A stretch of 25,283 bases of DNA from a virus. Its lineage: Duplodnaviria > Heunggongvirae > Uroviricota > Caudoviricetes. A program made the position numbers and the translations under genes. The DNA lies in IMG/VR virus record IMGVR_UViG_2529292829_000008; one strand, given 5' to 3'. Positions within the stretch are counted from its first letter, which is position 1, and the number at the start of each line of letters is the position of its first letter. Below are positions 8,800 to 18,369 of this stretch, one piece after another. The notes below the pieces were generated by a model. That model ran no database searches. It saw only the letters and a list, made by a program, of their open reading frames with translations, and was not told the origin of the DNA.

Positions 8800-10497
8800 A
8801 TGCATAGAATTGTTAAAGCTCATCTTGATAACTTCGTGAAAAGTCACGGTATTGAAAATCATCAAGAGGACACGCAGTTCGAGCTATTTTGTAATAAAGC
8901 TTTGCTGTCTTCTCGTATAAGTATGGATTATGAAATTGACGATGTAACAACCGGGGCTGGTGATGATGGCATGGATGGTGTTGCCATCATAATTGATGAA
9001 GAATTGTGTATATCTTCTGAAGATGCTACTTCAATATTTTCCTCATTACGTAAAAATCATGATGTTGATATTGTTTTCATTCAATCAAAGCGTAGTGAGT
9101 CTTTTGATTTAGGTGATTTTTTAAAGTTTAAAGCTTCCGTTTTTAGATTTATAGAGGATTCTCCTTACTTATGTGTGGATGAAATTCAAAAAAATGCAAG
9201 GGAAGTTTTTGATGTCATAATAAAAAATGTACCTAAGATAAGAGGTGGGCGACCAACTTTTACTGCTAAATATGTTGCAACTGGTTTATATAAAAAACCT
9301 AAAGAGTTAGAGAATGCTCGGAAGTTATTTGCAAAAGAAATTGACGAGTTGGGGTATTTCTGTAATGTTAGCGTTGAGTTTGTTGATCGTGATGAATTAA
9401 CACGTACTTGGATTGATACTTATTCAGTTGTCAATGCTGAATTGCCATTATTTAGTAATGCACCACTTCCCAAAATTAATGGTATAGAAGAAGCTTATCT
9501 TGCTGTCGTTAAAGCAAAGGATTTTGTTGGTAATTTATTGATGACGGACGAGGGGTCTCTCCGTAATCATGTTTTTGTTGAGAACGTCAGGGCGTTCTTG
9601 GGAATTGATAATCCTGTTAACGCATCGATTGCTGAGACAATTAAAAATAAAGATGCCGCTTCACGATTTCCTGTTTTAAATAATGGAATAACAATTGTTA
9701 GTCCGGATGTAAAACTTCAAGGGAGTATTTTACATCTAGAAAATTTTCAGATAGTTAATGGCTGTCAGACATCAAATGTGCTTTACGAATGCCGCGATTC
9801 CTTAGATGATACGATGATGGTTAACTTGAAAGTCGTAGAGACATTAAACGAAGATGTTTTTTCAGAATTGGTTCGAGCGACTAACAGTCAGACTAAAGTT
9901 GATGAGACTCAGTTCTATTCTCTTCGTCCAATAATAAAGAAAGTAGAAGCGTACTTTGATACTTATGAAGGGCAGGATGGTCGTTTATATTTAGAAAGAC
10001 GTGAAAGACAATTTATCGGTAGAGATATACCTGCAGTTAGAGTATTTTCAGTTCATATGGCAGCTAAATGTGTAGCAGCTATGTTCTTCCGTCGGCCAGA
10101 TCTTTCATATAGATACCCTAAAAAAATGTATGAATTGTTGGCTGAGAAAATATTTTCTAATGATACCAAGGAGATTGTATTTTATTCAGCATGTTTAACA
10201 TTATATAGATTACACTTACTTACTTCTAATGCTGATATTCCACAAAATATCAGGAAGTACAAATGGCATTTAATGGCGGTAGTTGGTGCTTTAATTGCCG
10301 GAAAGGATGTGCCTAATTTTGGATCTAAGAAAATGGATGCGTATTGTAATAAAATCATCACTGAAATGACAAAGCATGGTGATAAAATAAAAGCTACTTT
10401 CCAGAAGGCTGTTGATATTGTTTTGTCAATTGATGATATCACTGATGATAGAATGAAAAGGCAAGCTATTTTAGAGGAAATGCTTGCCAAGATTTAA
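8800..10497 (+). CDS. Low-GC cargo protein, candidate AIPR-like abortive-infection / defence protein
   Basis: 565-aa ORF, much more AT-rich than the backbone; sits between cos and the portal gene; contains ...FPVLNNGITIVSPDV...ENFQIVNGCQTSNVLYE... (DNA about 9751-9774), which I recall as resembling the conserved NGxQT core of the AIPR family. ORF call is solid; family assignment is tentative. Confidence 0.55.
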   Translation: MHRIVKAHLDNFVKSHGIENHQEDTQFELFCNKALLSSRISMDYEIDDVTTGAGDDGMDGVAIIIDEELCISSEDATSIFSSLRKNHDVDIVFIQSKRSESFDLGDFLKFKASVFRFIEDSPYLCVDEIQKNAREVFDVIIKNVPKIRGGRPTFTAKYVATGLYKKPKELENARKLFAKEIDELGYFCNVSVEFVDRDELTRTWIDTYSVVNAELPLFSNAPLPKINGIEEAYLAVVKAKDFVGNLLMTDEGSLRNHVFVENVRAFLGIDNPVNASIAETIKNKDAASRFPVLNNGITIVSPDVKLQGSILHLENFQIVNGCQTSNVLYECRDSLDDTMMVNLKVVETLNEDVFSELVRATNSQTKVDETQFYSLRPIIKKVEAYFDTYEGQDGRLYLERRERQFIGRDIPAVRVFSVHMAAKCVAAMFFRRPDLSYRYPKKMYELLAEKIFSNDTKEIVFYSACLTLYRLHLLTSNADIPQNIRKYKWHLMAVVGALIAGKDVPNFGSKKMDAYCNKIITEMTKHGDKIKATFQKAVDIVLSIDDITDDRMKRQAILEEMLAKI

Positions 10498-10550
10498 TTA
10501 TACCTTGATATGTATATTAACGTGATTTTTTAAGTTGAATATCTAAGTAA

Positions 10551-10583
10551 AAAGAGTGCTTTTATTGTTAAGCACTCTTTTTT
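10551..10583. terminator. Bidirectional rho-independent terminator between the cargo gene and portal gene
   Basis: Perfect 11-bp inverted repeat AAAGAGTGCTT (10551-10561) / AAGCACTCTTT (10570-10580) with an 8-nt loop, followed by a T-run ending at 10583 and preceded by an A-run. Confidence 0.6.
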
Positions 10584-10584
10584 A

Positions 10585-11619
10585 TTAAGCTAACTCAAGG
10601 CTATATGTATTGAATTTAATAATGTCATCTTCTACCCACTCATTAATTTCTTTGATTCTTTCCTGTAAGGGGGTTAATTCGTTACGGACGAATACCTTGC
10701 TGGCTTTTTCAATATCGCCAAATCCACCAGTGTTTTGTGGAATAATGCCCATCATCTGCGGAGGAACTCGATGTGCTGCCATCATGTCATCGCGACTGAC
10801 ATTTTTGATATTCAGAAACTCATCCTTCGCCGCGACTTCTGACAACGGGATGATCTGAAGCCCGTCCTTTTTGCCGTTAGGCGAGTACATAAACAAATTG
10901 CGGAAGTTGCCTGGACCTTTGGCACTTTTCATCGCGTTGCGGAGGTTGTTTACATCTTCCTGGTTTTGCGCGGCGTCGGTCATGTACATGATGAAGCCTG
11001 CATGACTGCCGTTAATGTAATACTTCCGGCGGAACAGCGTGGCGGACTCGTTGAGCAGGGCTGACGGAATGACAGAAAGATAGCCGGGCAGGCCGTAGAT
11101 TTCTTGATTAATATCCGGCTCCATCAGGTGAAAAATGCTGCCTTTCGTGAACTGATACGGCTGCGTGGTCATGCCGTATTGCACAAACCAGTAGGTATCC
11201 AGGTCTAACCCGCGTCGGGGGTATTTTGCCAGCGCAGGCTCAAGGGCGATAACTTCACCGAATCGGTTCGTGCGTTTCTCCAGGTAGGCGTTACCAAATA
11301 CCAGATAGTCCTGCACAAAACGCGAAAAAGCCTGCTGGCTGAGCAGCGGGGGGGGGATGTAGGTACTGGTCAGAATGTTGCATTTCACCGCAATTGGTGA
11401 ACTGTGATGCACGGCGGCGCGGAAGGTGCGCGCCAGTCCGTCAAAGCTTACTGGCGGCTCATACCAGCGATCTGTCTGTAAGCATTCCACATAGTCCAGC
11501 AGTTCGCGGCGGTCCAGAACAGGAACGGGATCACCGAAGCTGAATGCTTCGGCTGTAGTCTGGCTTTTATGCTGAATCTGGGTCGTCGCCGCAGCGCGCT
11601 TCTTCTTACTCTTTCCCAT
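10585..11619 (-). CDS. Q: Portal protein (P2 gpQ-like)
   Basis: 344 aa, same length as P2 gpQ; ...SFDGLARTFRAAVHHSSPIAVKCNIL...FRRKYYINGSHAGFIMYMTDAA... is colinear with my recollection of gpQ. Confidence 0.92.
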   Translation of the reverse strand: MGKSKKKRAAATTQIQHKSQTTAEAFSFGDPVPVLDRRELLDYVECLQTDRWYEPPVSFDGLARTFRAAVHHSSPIAVKCNILTSTYIPPPLLSQQAFSRFVQDYLVFGNAYLEKRTNRFGEVIALEPALAKYPRRGLDLDTYWFVQYGMTTQPYQFTKGSIFHLMEPDINQEIYGLPGYLSVIPSALLNESATLFRRKYYINGSHAGFIMYMTDAAQNQEDVNNLRNAMKSAKGPGNFRNLFMYSPNGKKDGLQIIPLSEVAAKDEFLNIKNVSRDDMMAAHRVPPQMMGIIPQNTGGFGDIEKASKVFVRNELTPLQERIKEINEWVEDDIIKFNTYSLELA

Positions 11620-13385
11620 TAAAAAATCTCCACAATATTGCTGGTATTGGCGGATTCGCCCTGCAGCGGTTCGTTAAACAATGCGTGCATCGTTGCCCAG
11701 GCCAGATCGGCATGGCTGGCTTCTTCGCTGCGGCTGGCTTCATAGGTCGGGCGGTTGCCGCTAGCGGTGGTGGCCCGACGGATTGCCATAAAGGACTGCG
11801 CTATGTCGGTGTGCCCGGCGTCAAACTCCAGGCGGCGGTGGCTAATAATGTCGTAGGCCTTGAGTACCAGGGCGTTTTTAACGTTGGGATTGTAGACAAA
11901 CTCCCGGACGGCAGGAAAGAACGCTTTCACGTTCTCGTAAACCCCGTGGCCGACGCCAGTTGAGTCGATGCCGATGTATGTCACGTTGTACTGTTCGGTC
12001 AGTTTTTTGATGGCGTCAGCCTGGGCGCGGAAGTCCATCCCGCGCCACTGGTGACGTTCAAGAATGCGAAACTTGCCGCCCGGCACGGCTGGCGGTGCCA
12101 CCACCACGCATCCAGCGCTGTCGCCGTTTTGTGTACCTTTTGCCGGGTCATAACCGATCCACACTTCGCGCCAGCCAAACGGGCGTAGCGCCAGTGCATG
12201 AAAGTCGGTCCAGACTTCCCAGCTGTCCACCATGCACGCCTGCAGCTCGCTGAGCGGGAAGACGGACGCGAGATCGTCCACGAACTCACACATCAGCAGG
12301 TTCTGGTATTCGTCCGGGCTGTACTCCATGCGCAACTGGTCGAGATCGAACAGGTTACATCCGCCGCGCACCGCATCTTCCACGGTGACTATCTGGCGGT
12401 ATTGCCCGTCTGCGCACAGCAGGCCGGGGGCCAGATTGTTGTGGGACAGGTCGATGTCCACCTTATCGGCTTTGTTGCGCCCACGGTTGAACAGCGCACC
12501 GGACCAGAACGGATAAGCACTGTGGGTCAGGCTGGATGGTGTGGAAAAATAGGTCTGTCGCCATTTCTTGTGAATAGCCATACCGGAAGCTACTTTGCGC
12601 AGCTCCTGGAATTTCGGTATCCAGAAATATTCATCCAGATACAGGTTGCCGTGGTAACTCTGGGCAGTGCGGGCATTGGTGCCGAGGAAGTAAAGCGTGG
12701 CCCCGTTAGGAAGCACCATCGGATCGCCTTTCAGCTCCACCTCCACTTCTTTGGCGAAGTCGATGATGTACTGCTTAAAGACGTGGGCCTGAGCCTTGCT
12801 GGCGGAAAGGAAAATCTGGTTACGCCCGGTTAGCAGGGCGTCAATCAGGGCTTCACGGGCAAAATAGAAGGTCGCGCCGATCTGGCGTGACTTCAGCAGG
12901 TTGCGGATGCGGTTGGTTTTTCCGGCTTCCCACCAGTGGCGCTGGTAGTTGAACATGGAGGAATGGAAGATTTCTTCCAGCTTCTCAATCTGTTCATCGG
13001 TGAAAACGTTCTTTTCCGGCTGACGGCGCGGGCCTTTGTTGCGGTTGGCGACGTTAGGGTTTAAGTCGGCTTCGTTGCCGCCATTGTTAAACTTGCCGAT
13101 GCGCGCGTGGCGCTCCGACTGGCGCGCCAGCAGGTCAATCTCTTTGAAATCTTTCCCTTCTTTGTGCTCCTTCATAATGAGCTGGCAGTAGCGGGCGGCG
13201 GTGGTGAGCTGCATCTGATCCAGCGGCCCATAGTCACCCCACTTGTCGCGTTTCTTCCAGCTGTGAACGGTTGCAACTTTCTCGCCCAGCATTTCAGCAA
13301 TGCGGGCTACGCGATATCCCTGAAAGTACAGCAGCATGGCCTGCCGACGGGGATCGAGATCTGCGGGTGTCAGTGTGGTGTTCAT
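11619..13385 (-). CDS. P: Terminase large (ATPase) subunit (P2 gpP-like)
   Basis: 588-aa ORF directly upstream of and overlapping the portal gene start; length and position match P2 gpP. Confidence 0.9.
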   Translation of the reverse strand: MNTTLTPADLDPRRQAMLLYFQGYRVARIAEMLGEKVATVHSWKKRDKWGDYGPLDQMQLTTAARYCQLIMKEHKEGKDFKEIDLLARQSERHARIGKFNNGGNEADLNPNVANRNKGPRRQPEKNVFTDEQIEKLEEIFHSSMFNYQRHWWEAGKTNRIRNLLKSRQIGATFYFAREALIDALLTGRNQIFLSASKAQAHVFKQYIIDFAKEVEVELKGDPMVLPNGATLYFLGTNARTAQSYHGNLYLDEYFWIPKFQELRKVASGMAIHKKWRQTYFSTPSSLTHSAYPFWSGALFNRGRNKADKVDIDLSHNNLAPGLLCADGQYRQIVTVEDAVRGGCNLFDLDQLRMEYSPDEYQNLLMCEFVDDLASVFPLSELQACMVDSWEVWTDFHALALRPFGWREVWIGYDPAKGTQNGDSAGCVVVAPPAVPGGKFRILERHQWRGMDFRAQADAIKKLTEQYNVTYIGIDSTGVGHGVYENVKAFFPAVREFVYNPNVKNALVLKAYDIISHRRLEFDAGHTDIAQSFMAIRRATTASGNRPTYEASRSEEASHADLAWATMHALFNEPLQGESANTSNIVEIF

Positions 13386-13431
13386 GGCACAAACCTACAG
13401 CCTTGAATGAAGGCTTTCCCCGCCTGCGGTT

Positions 13432-13449
13432 TGTGTGGTTGTCGGTACA
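13432..13449. promoter_or_regulatory. Candidate Ogr/B-dependent late promoter element (TGT-N12-ACA) in the P/O divergent region
   Basis: TGTGTGGTTGTCGGTACA; its centre is about 55 bp upstream of a plausible start site roughly 30 nt before the O ATG (13528), the geometry of P2 late promoters. Confidence 0.5.
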
Positions 13450-13527
13450 AATACCGCACATTGTTTCACTGCCCCCATCACCGCAACCATAAGGCTCCAG
13501 TAAGTTTTTTCTAACGGAGCACGGCTC

Positions 13528-14361
13528 ATGACAGTGAAAGCAAAGCGTTTTCGCATCGGGGGGGAAGGTGCCACCACCGACGGGCGCGAAATCCAGCGTG
13601 AATGGCTGGAACAGATGGCAGCCAGCTACAACCCGGCGGTGTATACCGCGCTGATTAACCTTGAGCACATCAAGTCTTATCTGCCGGACAGCACCTTTAA
13701 CCGCTACGGCAAGGTGACGGCGCTGTTTGCTGAAGAAATCACGGAAGGTCCGCTGGCGGGCAAGATGGCGCTGTATGCCGACGTTGAGCCAACGGAATCC
13801 CTGGTGGCGCTGGTGAAAAAAGGCCAGAAATTATTCACCTCTATGGAAGTCAGCCCGAAGTTCGCTGATACGGGCAAAGCCTACCTGGTCGGCCTGGCTG
13901 CCACTGATGACCCTGCCAGTCTGGGTACGGAAATGCTGACATTCAGCGCCAGTGCAGCTCATAACCCGCTGGCAAACCGCAAGCAGAATCCTGCAAATCT
14001 CTTTACCGCTGCAGAGGAAACGGTGATCGAACTGGAAGAAATCCAGAATGACAAACCGTCCCTGTTTGCCCGAGTCACGGCGTTGTTTACCAAAAAAGAG
14101 CAGTCCGATGACGCCCGGTTCTCTGATGTGCATAAGGCCGTGGAGCTGGTCGCCACTGAGCAGCAGAACCTGAGCGCACGCACCGAAAAATCCCTGTCTG
14201 AGCAGGAAGAACGCCTGTCTGAGCTGGAGACTGCCCTGCAGGCACAGCAGACCGCCTTTAACGAACTGGTGGACAAGCTGAGCCAAGAAGACAGCCGCCA
14301 GGACTACCGCCAGCGTGCAACAGGCGGTAACGCCCCCGCTGACACTCTGACCAATTGCTGA
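13528..14361 (+). CDS. O: Capsid scaffolding protein (P2 gpO-like)
   Basis: 277 aa; ...RIGGEGATTDGREI...INLEHIKSYLPD...YLVGLAATDDPASLGTE...SDDARFSDVHKAV...ATGG...TNC, colinear with P2 gpO. Confidence 0.9.
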   Translation: MTVKAKRFRIGGEGATTDGREIQREWLEQMAASYNPAVYTALINLEHIKSYLPDSTFNRYGKVTALFAEEITEGPLAGKMALYADVEPTESLVALVKKGQKLFTSMEVSPKFADTGKAYLVGLAATDDPASLGTEMLTFSASAAHNPLANRKQNPANLFTAAEETVIELEEIQNDKPSLFARVTALFTKKEQSDDARFSDVHKAVELVATEQQNLSARTEKSLSEQEERLSELETALQAQQTAFNELVDKLSQEDSRQDYRQRATGGNAPADTLTNC

Positions 14362-14377
14362 TGGAGCACAAAACCTG

Positions 14378-15436
14378 ATGAAGAAGAATACCCGCTTTGC
14401 TTTTAACGCTTACCTGCAGCAGCTGGCGCGTCTGAACGGTGTGGCAGTTGAAGAACTGTCCAGCAAGTTCACCGTAGAGCCGTCCGTGCAGCAGACATTG
14501 GAAGACCAGATCCAGCAGTCCACCGCTTTCCTGACGCTGATTAACGTCACGCCAGTGACTGAGCAGTCCGGTCAGCTGCTGGGGTTGGGAGTTGGCAGCA
14601 CCATTGCCGGAACCACTGATACCACCGCGAAAGAGCGTGAACCTGTCGATCCGACGCTGATGGTCGATGTGGAATATAAATGCGAGCAGACCAACTTTGA
14701 CACGGTACTGACCTACGCGAAGCTGGACCTGTGGGCGAAGTTTCAGGATTTTCAGGTGCGTATCCGTGACGCCATCGTGAAACGTCAGGCACTGGACCGC
14801 ATCATGATCGGCTTTAACGGCGTGAAGCGTGCGAAAACCTCCAACCGTAGCGAAAACCCGCTACTGCAGGATGTGAATAAAGGCTGGCTGCAGAAAATCC
14901 GTGAGGATGCACCGGATCACGTCATGGGCAGCACCACCACGGGCGGTGAAACCACACCGGGTGCGGTGAAAGTCGGGAAAGGTGGCGAATATGCCAACCT
15001 GGATGCCGTGGTGATGGATGCCGTTAACGAGCTTATCGACGTGGTCTATCAGGACGATGACGATCTGGTGGTGATTTGCGGTCGTGAACTGCTGTCTGAC
15101 AAGTATTTCCCGCTGGTCAACAAAGAGCAGGAAAACAGTGAAAAACTGGCTGCCGATATGATCATCAGTCAGAAACGCATGGGTGGCCTGCAGGCCGTGC
15201 GTGCGCCGTTCTTCCCGCCGAATGCGCTGCTGATCACCCGTCTGGATAACCTGTCCATCTACTGGCAGGAAGACACCCGCCGCCGTTCAGTTATCGACAA
15301 CCCGAAACGTGACCGGATTGAAAACTTTGAATCCGTTAACGAAGCCTATGTGGTTGAGGACTACCGCTGCGCCGCACTGGTGGAAAACATCCAGATTGGT
15401 GATTTCAGTGCCGCCGCAGCCGAAACCGGAGCGTAA
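14378..15436 (+). CDS. N: Major capsid protein (P2 gpN-like)
   Basis: 352 aa; ...RFAFNAYL...FTVEPSVQQTL...LDLWAKFQDFQVRIRDAIVKRQALDRIMIGFNGVKRA...ISQKRMG... closely matches P2 gpN. Confidence 0.92.
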   Translation: MKKNTRFAFNAYLQQLARLNGVAVEELSSKFTVEPSVQQTLEDQIQQSTAFLTLINVTPVTEQSGQLLGLGVGSTIAGTTDTTAKEREPVDPTLMVDVEYKCEQTNFDTVLTYAKLDLWAKFQDFQVRIRDAIVKRQALDRIMIGFNGVKRAKTSNRSENPLLQDVNKGWLQKIREDAPDHVMGSTTTGGETTPGAVKVGKGGEYANLDAVVMDAVNELIDVVYQDDDDLVVICGRELLSDKYFPLVNKEQENSEKLAADMIISQKRMGGLQAVRAPFFPPNALLITRLDNLSIYWQEDTRRRSVIDNPKRDRIENFESVNEAYVVEDYRCAALVENIQIGDFSAAAAETGA

Positions 15437-15439
15437 TCC

Positions 15440-16090
15440 ATGAGCCTGAGTCCCGCACGGCAGCATCGCCTGCGCGTTCAGGCTGAACAGGCCGCCCGCG
15501 AGGGCGGCAGTGTTCGCCACGCATCGGGCTATGACCTGATGCTGCTGCAACTGGCGGAAGACCGCCGCCGTCTCAAGGGCGTTCAGTCCACGGTCAAAAA
15601 AGCGGAAATCAAGGTGGAGCTGCTGCCGAAGTACGCCGCCTGGGCAGAGGGTGTCCTGGCTGCCGGAGGCGCTCAACAGGATGACGTGCTGATGTACGTG
15701 ATGCTGTGGCGCATTGATGCCGGAGATTATGCCGGAGCGCTGGAGATCGGGCGTCATGCCCTGCGTCATGGCTGGGTGATGCCACTGGGTAACCGCAACG
15801 TGCAGACCGTGCTGGCAGAGGAAATGGCAGACGCCGCGCAGAGCGCAATGCTTGCCGCCACCGGCTTTGATGCCGATCTGTTGCTGCAGACGCTGGAGCT
15901 GACAGACGGTCTGGATATGCCGGACCAGTCACGGGCACGTCTGCATAAAGCGATTGGCGCTGTCCTGAGTGAAAGCAATCCGGCTTCCGCCCTTAATCAT
16001 CTCAACCATGCGTTACAGCTCGATCCCCGCTGTGGCGTGAAAAAAGACAAACAGCAGCTGGAGCGCAGACTGCGCAATGACAGCCGCTGA
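15440..16090 (+). CDS. M: Terminase small (endonuclease) subunit (P2 gpM-like)
   Basis: 216 aa; ...QDDVLMYVMLWRIDAGDYAGALEIGRHALRHG... matches P2 gpM (...QDDILMTVMLWRLDTGDIAGALEIARYALKYG...). Confidence 0.9.
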   Translation: MSLSPARQHRLRVQAEQAAREGGSVRHASGYDLMLLQLAEDRRRLKGVQSTVKKAEIKVELLPKYAAWAEGVLAAGGAQQDDVLMYVMLWRIDAGDYAGALEIGRHALRHGWVMPLGNRNVQTVLAEEMADAAQSAMLAATGFDADLLLQTLELTDGLDMPDQSRARLHKAIGAVLSESNPASALNHLNHALQLDPRCGVKKDKQQLERRLRNDSR

Positions 16091-16185
16091 CAGAACGTGC
16101 CCCCGCGCACGGGCGGCACGGGGGGGCGAAAGGCACTGCCACATCAAAACCCCGTCCACCGCCCTTTATTTCAGGAGAAAGCAGC

Positions 16186-16650
16186 ATGAAGTTTGTTGCG
16201 CCAGAACAGGCACCGGAACAGGCGGAAATCATCAGAAATACGCCGTTCTGGCCTGATGTGGACCTGTCGGAGTTTCGCAGCGTGATGCGCACTGACGGCA
16301 CGGTGACGCAGCCGCGTTTAAAGCAGGTTGCGCTGTCAGCAATTTCGGAGGTCAACGCAGAGCTGTATGAGTTTCGCAGACGCCAGCAGATGCTGGGGTA
16401 TGCCTCGCTGGCAGAGCTTCCGGCGGAACAGCTGGACGGCAAAAGTGAGCGCATTCAGCACTATTTCAACGCGGTTTACTGCTGGGCACGCGCCATGCTC
16501 AACGAACGTTACCAAGACTATGACGCCACGGCGTCTGGTGTGAAGCGGGGCGAGGAACTGGCGGAAGCAAGCGGGGATTTGTGGCGTGACGCCCGCTGGG
16601 CCATCAGCCGGGTGCAGGATGCGCCGCACTGCACAGTGGAGCTTATCTGA
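16186..16650 (+). CDS. L: Head completion / stabilisation protein (P2 gpL-like)
   Basis: 154-aa ORF with AGGAG SD, in the gpL position between M and X. Confidence 0.85.
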   Translation: MKFVAPEQAPEQAEIIRNTPFWPDVDLSEFRSVMRTDGTVTQPRLKQVALSAISEVNAELYEFRRRQQMLGYASLAELPAEQLDGKSERIQHYFNAVYCWARAMLNERYQDYDATASGVKRGEELAEASGDLWRDARWAISRVQDAPHCTVELI

Positions 16651-16853
16651 TGAAAGTGCGTGCGCATCAGTATGACACGGTGGACGCGCTTTGCTGGCGT
16701 CATTACGGGCGCACGCAGGGTGTCACGGAGCAGGTACTGAAGGCAAATCCGGGGCTTGCCGAATATGGCCCCTTTTTACCTCACGGGCTGCAGGTGGAGC
16801 TGCCGGACATTCCGACCACCACCACCGTGCAGACCGTCCAGCTATGGGACTGA
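16650..16853 (+). CDS. X: Tail protein X (P2 gpX-like)
   Basis: 67 aa; ...DTVDALCWRHYGRTQGVTEQVLKANPGLAEYGPFLPHGLQVELPD... matches P2 gpX. Confidence 0.88.
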   Translation: MKVRAHQYDTVDALCWRHYGRTQGVTEQVLKANPGLAEYGPFLPHGLQVELPDIPTTTTVQTVQLWD

Positions 16854-16856
16854 ATT

Positions 16857-17072
16857 ATGACGCTTGAGCGAATCAGCGCCTTTATCACGTACTGCATCGC
16901 CGTTGTGCTGGCCTGGCTGGGCGATTTGTCCATCAAGGATGCCTCAACGCTGGGCGGCCTGATGATTGGTGTGCTGATGCTGGCTATCAACTGGTACTAC
17001 AAACACAAAGCCTACCAGCTTCTGCGCGACGGGCAGATCTCGCGGGAGGACTATGAATCCATCAATCGTTAA
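16857..17072 (+). CDS. Y: Holin (gpY position)
   Basis: 71 aa with two hydrophobic segments and a charged C-terminus, immediately upstream of and overlapping the endolysin gene. Confidence 0.65.
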   Translation: MTLERISAFITYCIAVVLAWLGDLSIKDASTLGGLMIGVLMLAINWYYKHKAYQLLRDGQISREDYESINR

Positions 17073-17565
17073 ACGCTGCCTTGTCGGGGCCGTGCTGGCT
17101 ATTGCTGCCACGCTGCCGGGGTTTCAGCAGCTTCACACCTCCGTGGAGGGGCTGAAACTGATTGCCGATTACGAAGGCTGTCGTCTGCAGCCGTATCAGT
17201 GCAGCGCGGGCGTCTGGACCGACGGCATTGGTAACACGTCAGGCGTCATTCCCGGCAAAACCATTACGGAACGACAGGCAGCAGAAGGACTGATTTCCAA
17301 CGTGCTGCGTGTGGAGCGGGCGCTGGAAAGGTGTGTGAAACAACAGCCGCCGCAGAAGGTATATGACGCTGCGGTGTCGTTTGCCTTCAACGTGGGAACG
17401 GGCAATGCCTGCAGTTCCACGCTGGTGAAATTACTCAATCAGCGGCGCTGGGCGGATGCGTGCCGACAGTTGCCGCGCTGGGTTTATGTGAAAGGTGTGT
17501 TTAATCAGGGGCTGGATAACCGCCGTGCGCGGGAGATGGCCTGGTGTTTACAGGGAGCAAACTGA
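17053..17565 (+). CDS. K: Endolysin, T4-lysozyme-type muramidase with N-terminal hydrophobic (SAR-like) segment
   Basis: 170 aa; hydrophobic N-terminus (LVGAVLAIAATLPGF) then an E...D...T arrangement (DYEGCRLQPY...WTDGIGNT) typical of GH24 lysozymes. Confidence 0.85.
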   Translation: MNPSIVKRCLVGAVLAIAATLPGFQQLHTSVEGLKLIADYEGCRLQPYQCSAGVWTDGIGNTSGVIPGKTITERQAAEGLISNVLRVERALERCVKQQPPQKVYDAAVSFAFNVGTGNACSSTLVKLLNQRRWADACRQLPRWVYVKGVFNQGLDNRRAREMAWCLQGAN

Positions 17566-17566
17566 A

Positions 17567-17944
17567 ATGAAAAAGAAATTAATCAGCGGGCTGTTTCTGA
17601 TGTTATGGATGGCGCTGTTAATCGCAGCAATGGTGTATCCCCAGGGGATTTTTCCGGTACTGGCAGCGTCCGGCGTTTGGGTAGCCTGTTTACTGACATG
17701 GGCGGTAATTCCGGTAGCACTGGCTGCGTTAATTAAGAATGGCCCGCTCTGGCAGGAGTTGAGGGCATCTTTGCTGAAGACCATTACCCGAAAAGAAAAC
17801 GTATTTATCAGCTGGGTGATGCGATTGCTGATTGTCGTAAGTCTCGCCTGGACGGGGTGGGCTATTACCCTGGTCTTTTATCTACTGACCGTTATTGCCT
17901 TCTGGATCACCCGTAATCAGATGGCGCAACAGGTAGCAGCATGA
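17567..17944 (+). CDS. lysA: LysA-like lysis-accessory membrane protein
   Basis: ORF 17495..17944; ATG at 17567 just after the endolysin stop; about 125 aa with several hydrophobic helices. Confidence 0.6.
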   Translation: MKKKLISGLFLMLWMALLIAAMVYPQGIFPVLAASGVWVACLLTWAVIPVALAALIKNGPLWQELRASLLKTITRKENVFISWVMRLLIVVSLAWTGWAITLVFYLLTVIAFWITRNQMAQQVAA

Positions 17945-18369
17945 ACCGGTTGCTGCTGGTTATGCTGGCGTTATTACTGGCGGCGCTGGGCTGGCAGACG
18001 TGGCGGCTGGCTGATGCCAGCCAGACCATCAGCACGCAGGCAGACGAGCTGCAGAGCAAAAGCCAGGCACTGGCAAAGAGCAACAGCCAGCTTATCAGCC
18101 TGTCCATTCTGACTGAAACCAATAACCGGGAGCAGGCGCGGCTCTATGCCGAAGCAGAACAGACCAGCGCGCTGCTGAGACAACGACAACACCGGATAGA
18201 GGAACTGAAACGTGAGAACGAGGATTTACGCCGCTGGGCTGATACTCCTTTGCCTGCTGACATTGTCCGGCTGCGGGAACGTCCGGCACTCACCGGAGGT
18301 GCAGCTTACCGTCAGTGGTTGTCCGCGAGTGACGCCGTGTCGGCTGGAGCAGGCAGCGCCGCGCACTAA
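17941..18369 (+). CDS. lysB: LysB, Rz-like inner-membrane spanin
   Basis: 142 aa with N-terminal transmembrane segment (LLLVMLALLLAALGW) and a coiled-coil-like periplasmic region; ATGA overlap with lysA. Confidence 0.7.
   Translation: MNRLLLVMLALLLAALGWQTWRLADASQTISTQADELQSKSQALAKSNSQLISLSILTETNNREQARLYAEAEQTSALLRQRQHRIEELKRENEDLRRWADTPLPADIVRLRERPALTGGAAYRQWLSASDAVSAGAGSAAH

Noticed and set aside
12198-12833. 211-aa plus-strand ORF inside the terminase large-subunit gene (also 11685..11963, 11999..12289, 12232..12516, 13107..13406)
   Set aside because: Entirely antisense to or overlapping a well-supported conserved structural gene in GC-rich DNA, where long spurious ORFs are expected; no ribosome-binding site or recognisable motif.
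16091-16185. GC-rich intergenic stretch between M and L as a possible terminator or structured RNA
   Set aside because: No clean inverted repeat followed by a T-run; more likely an ordinary GC-rich spacer with the L ribosome-binding site.
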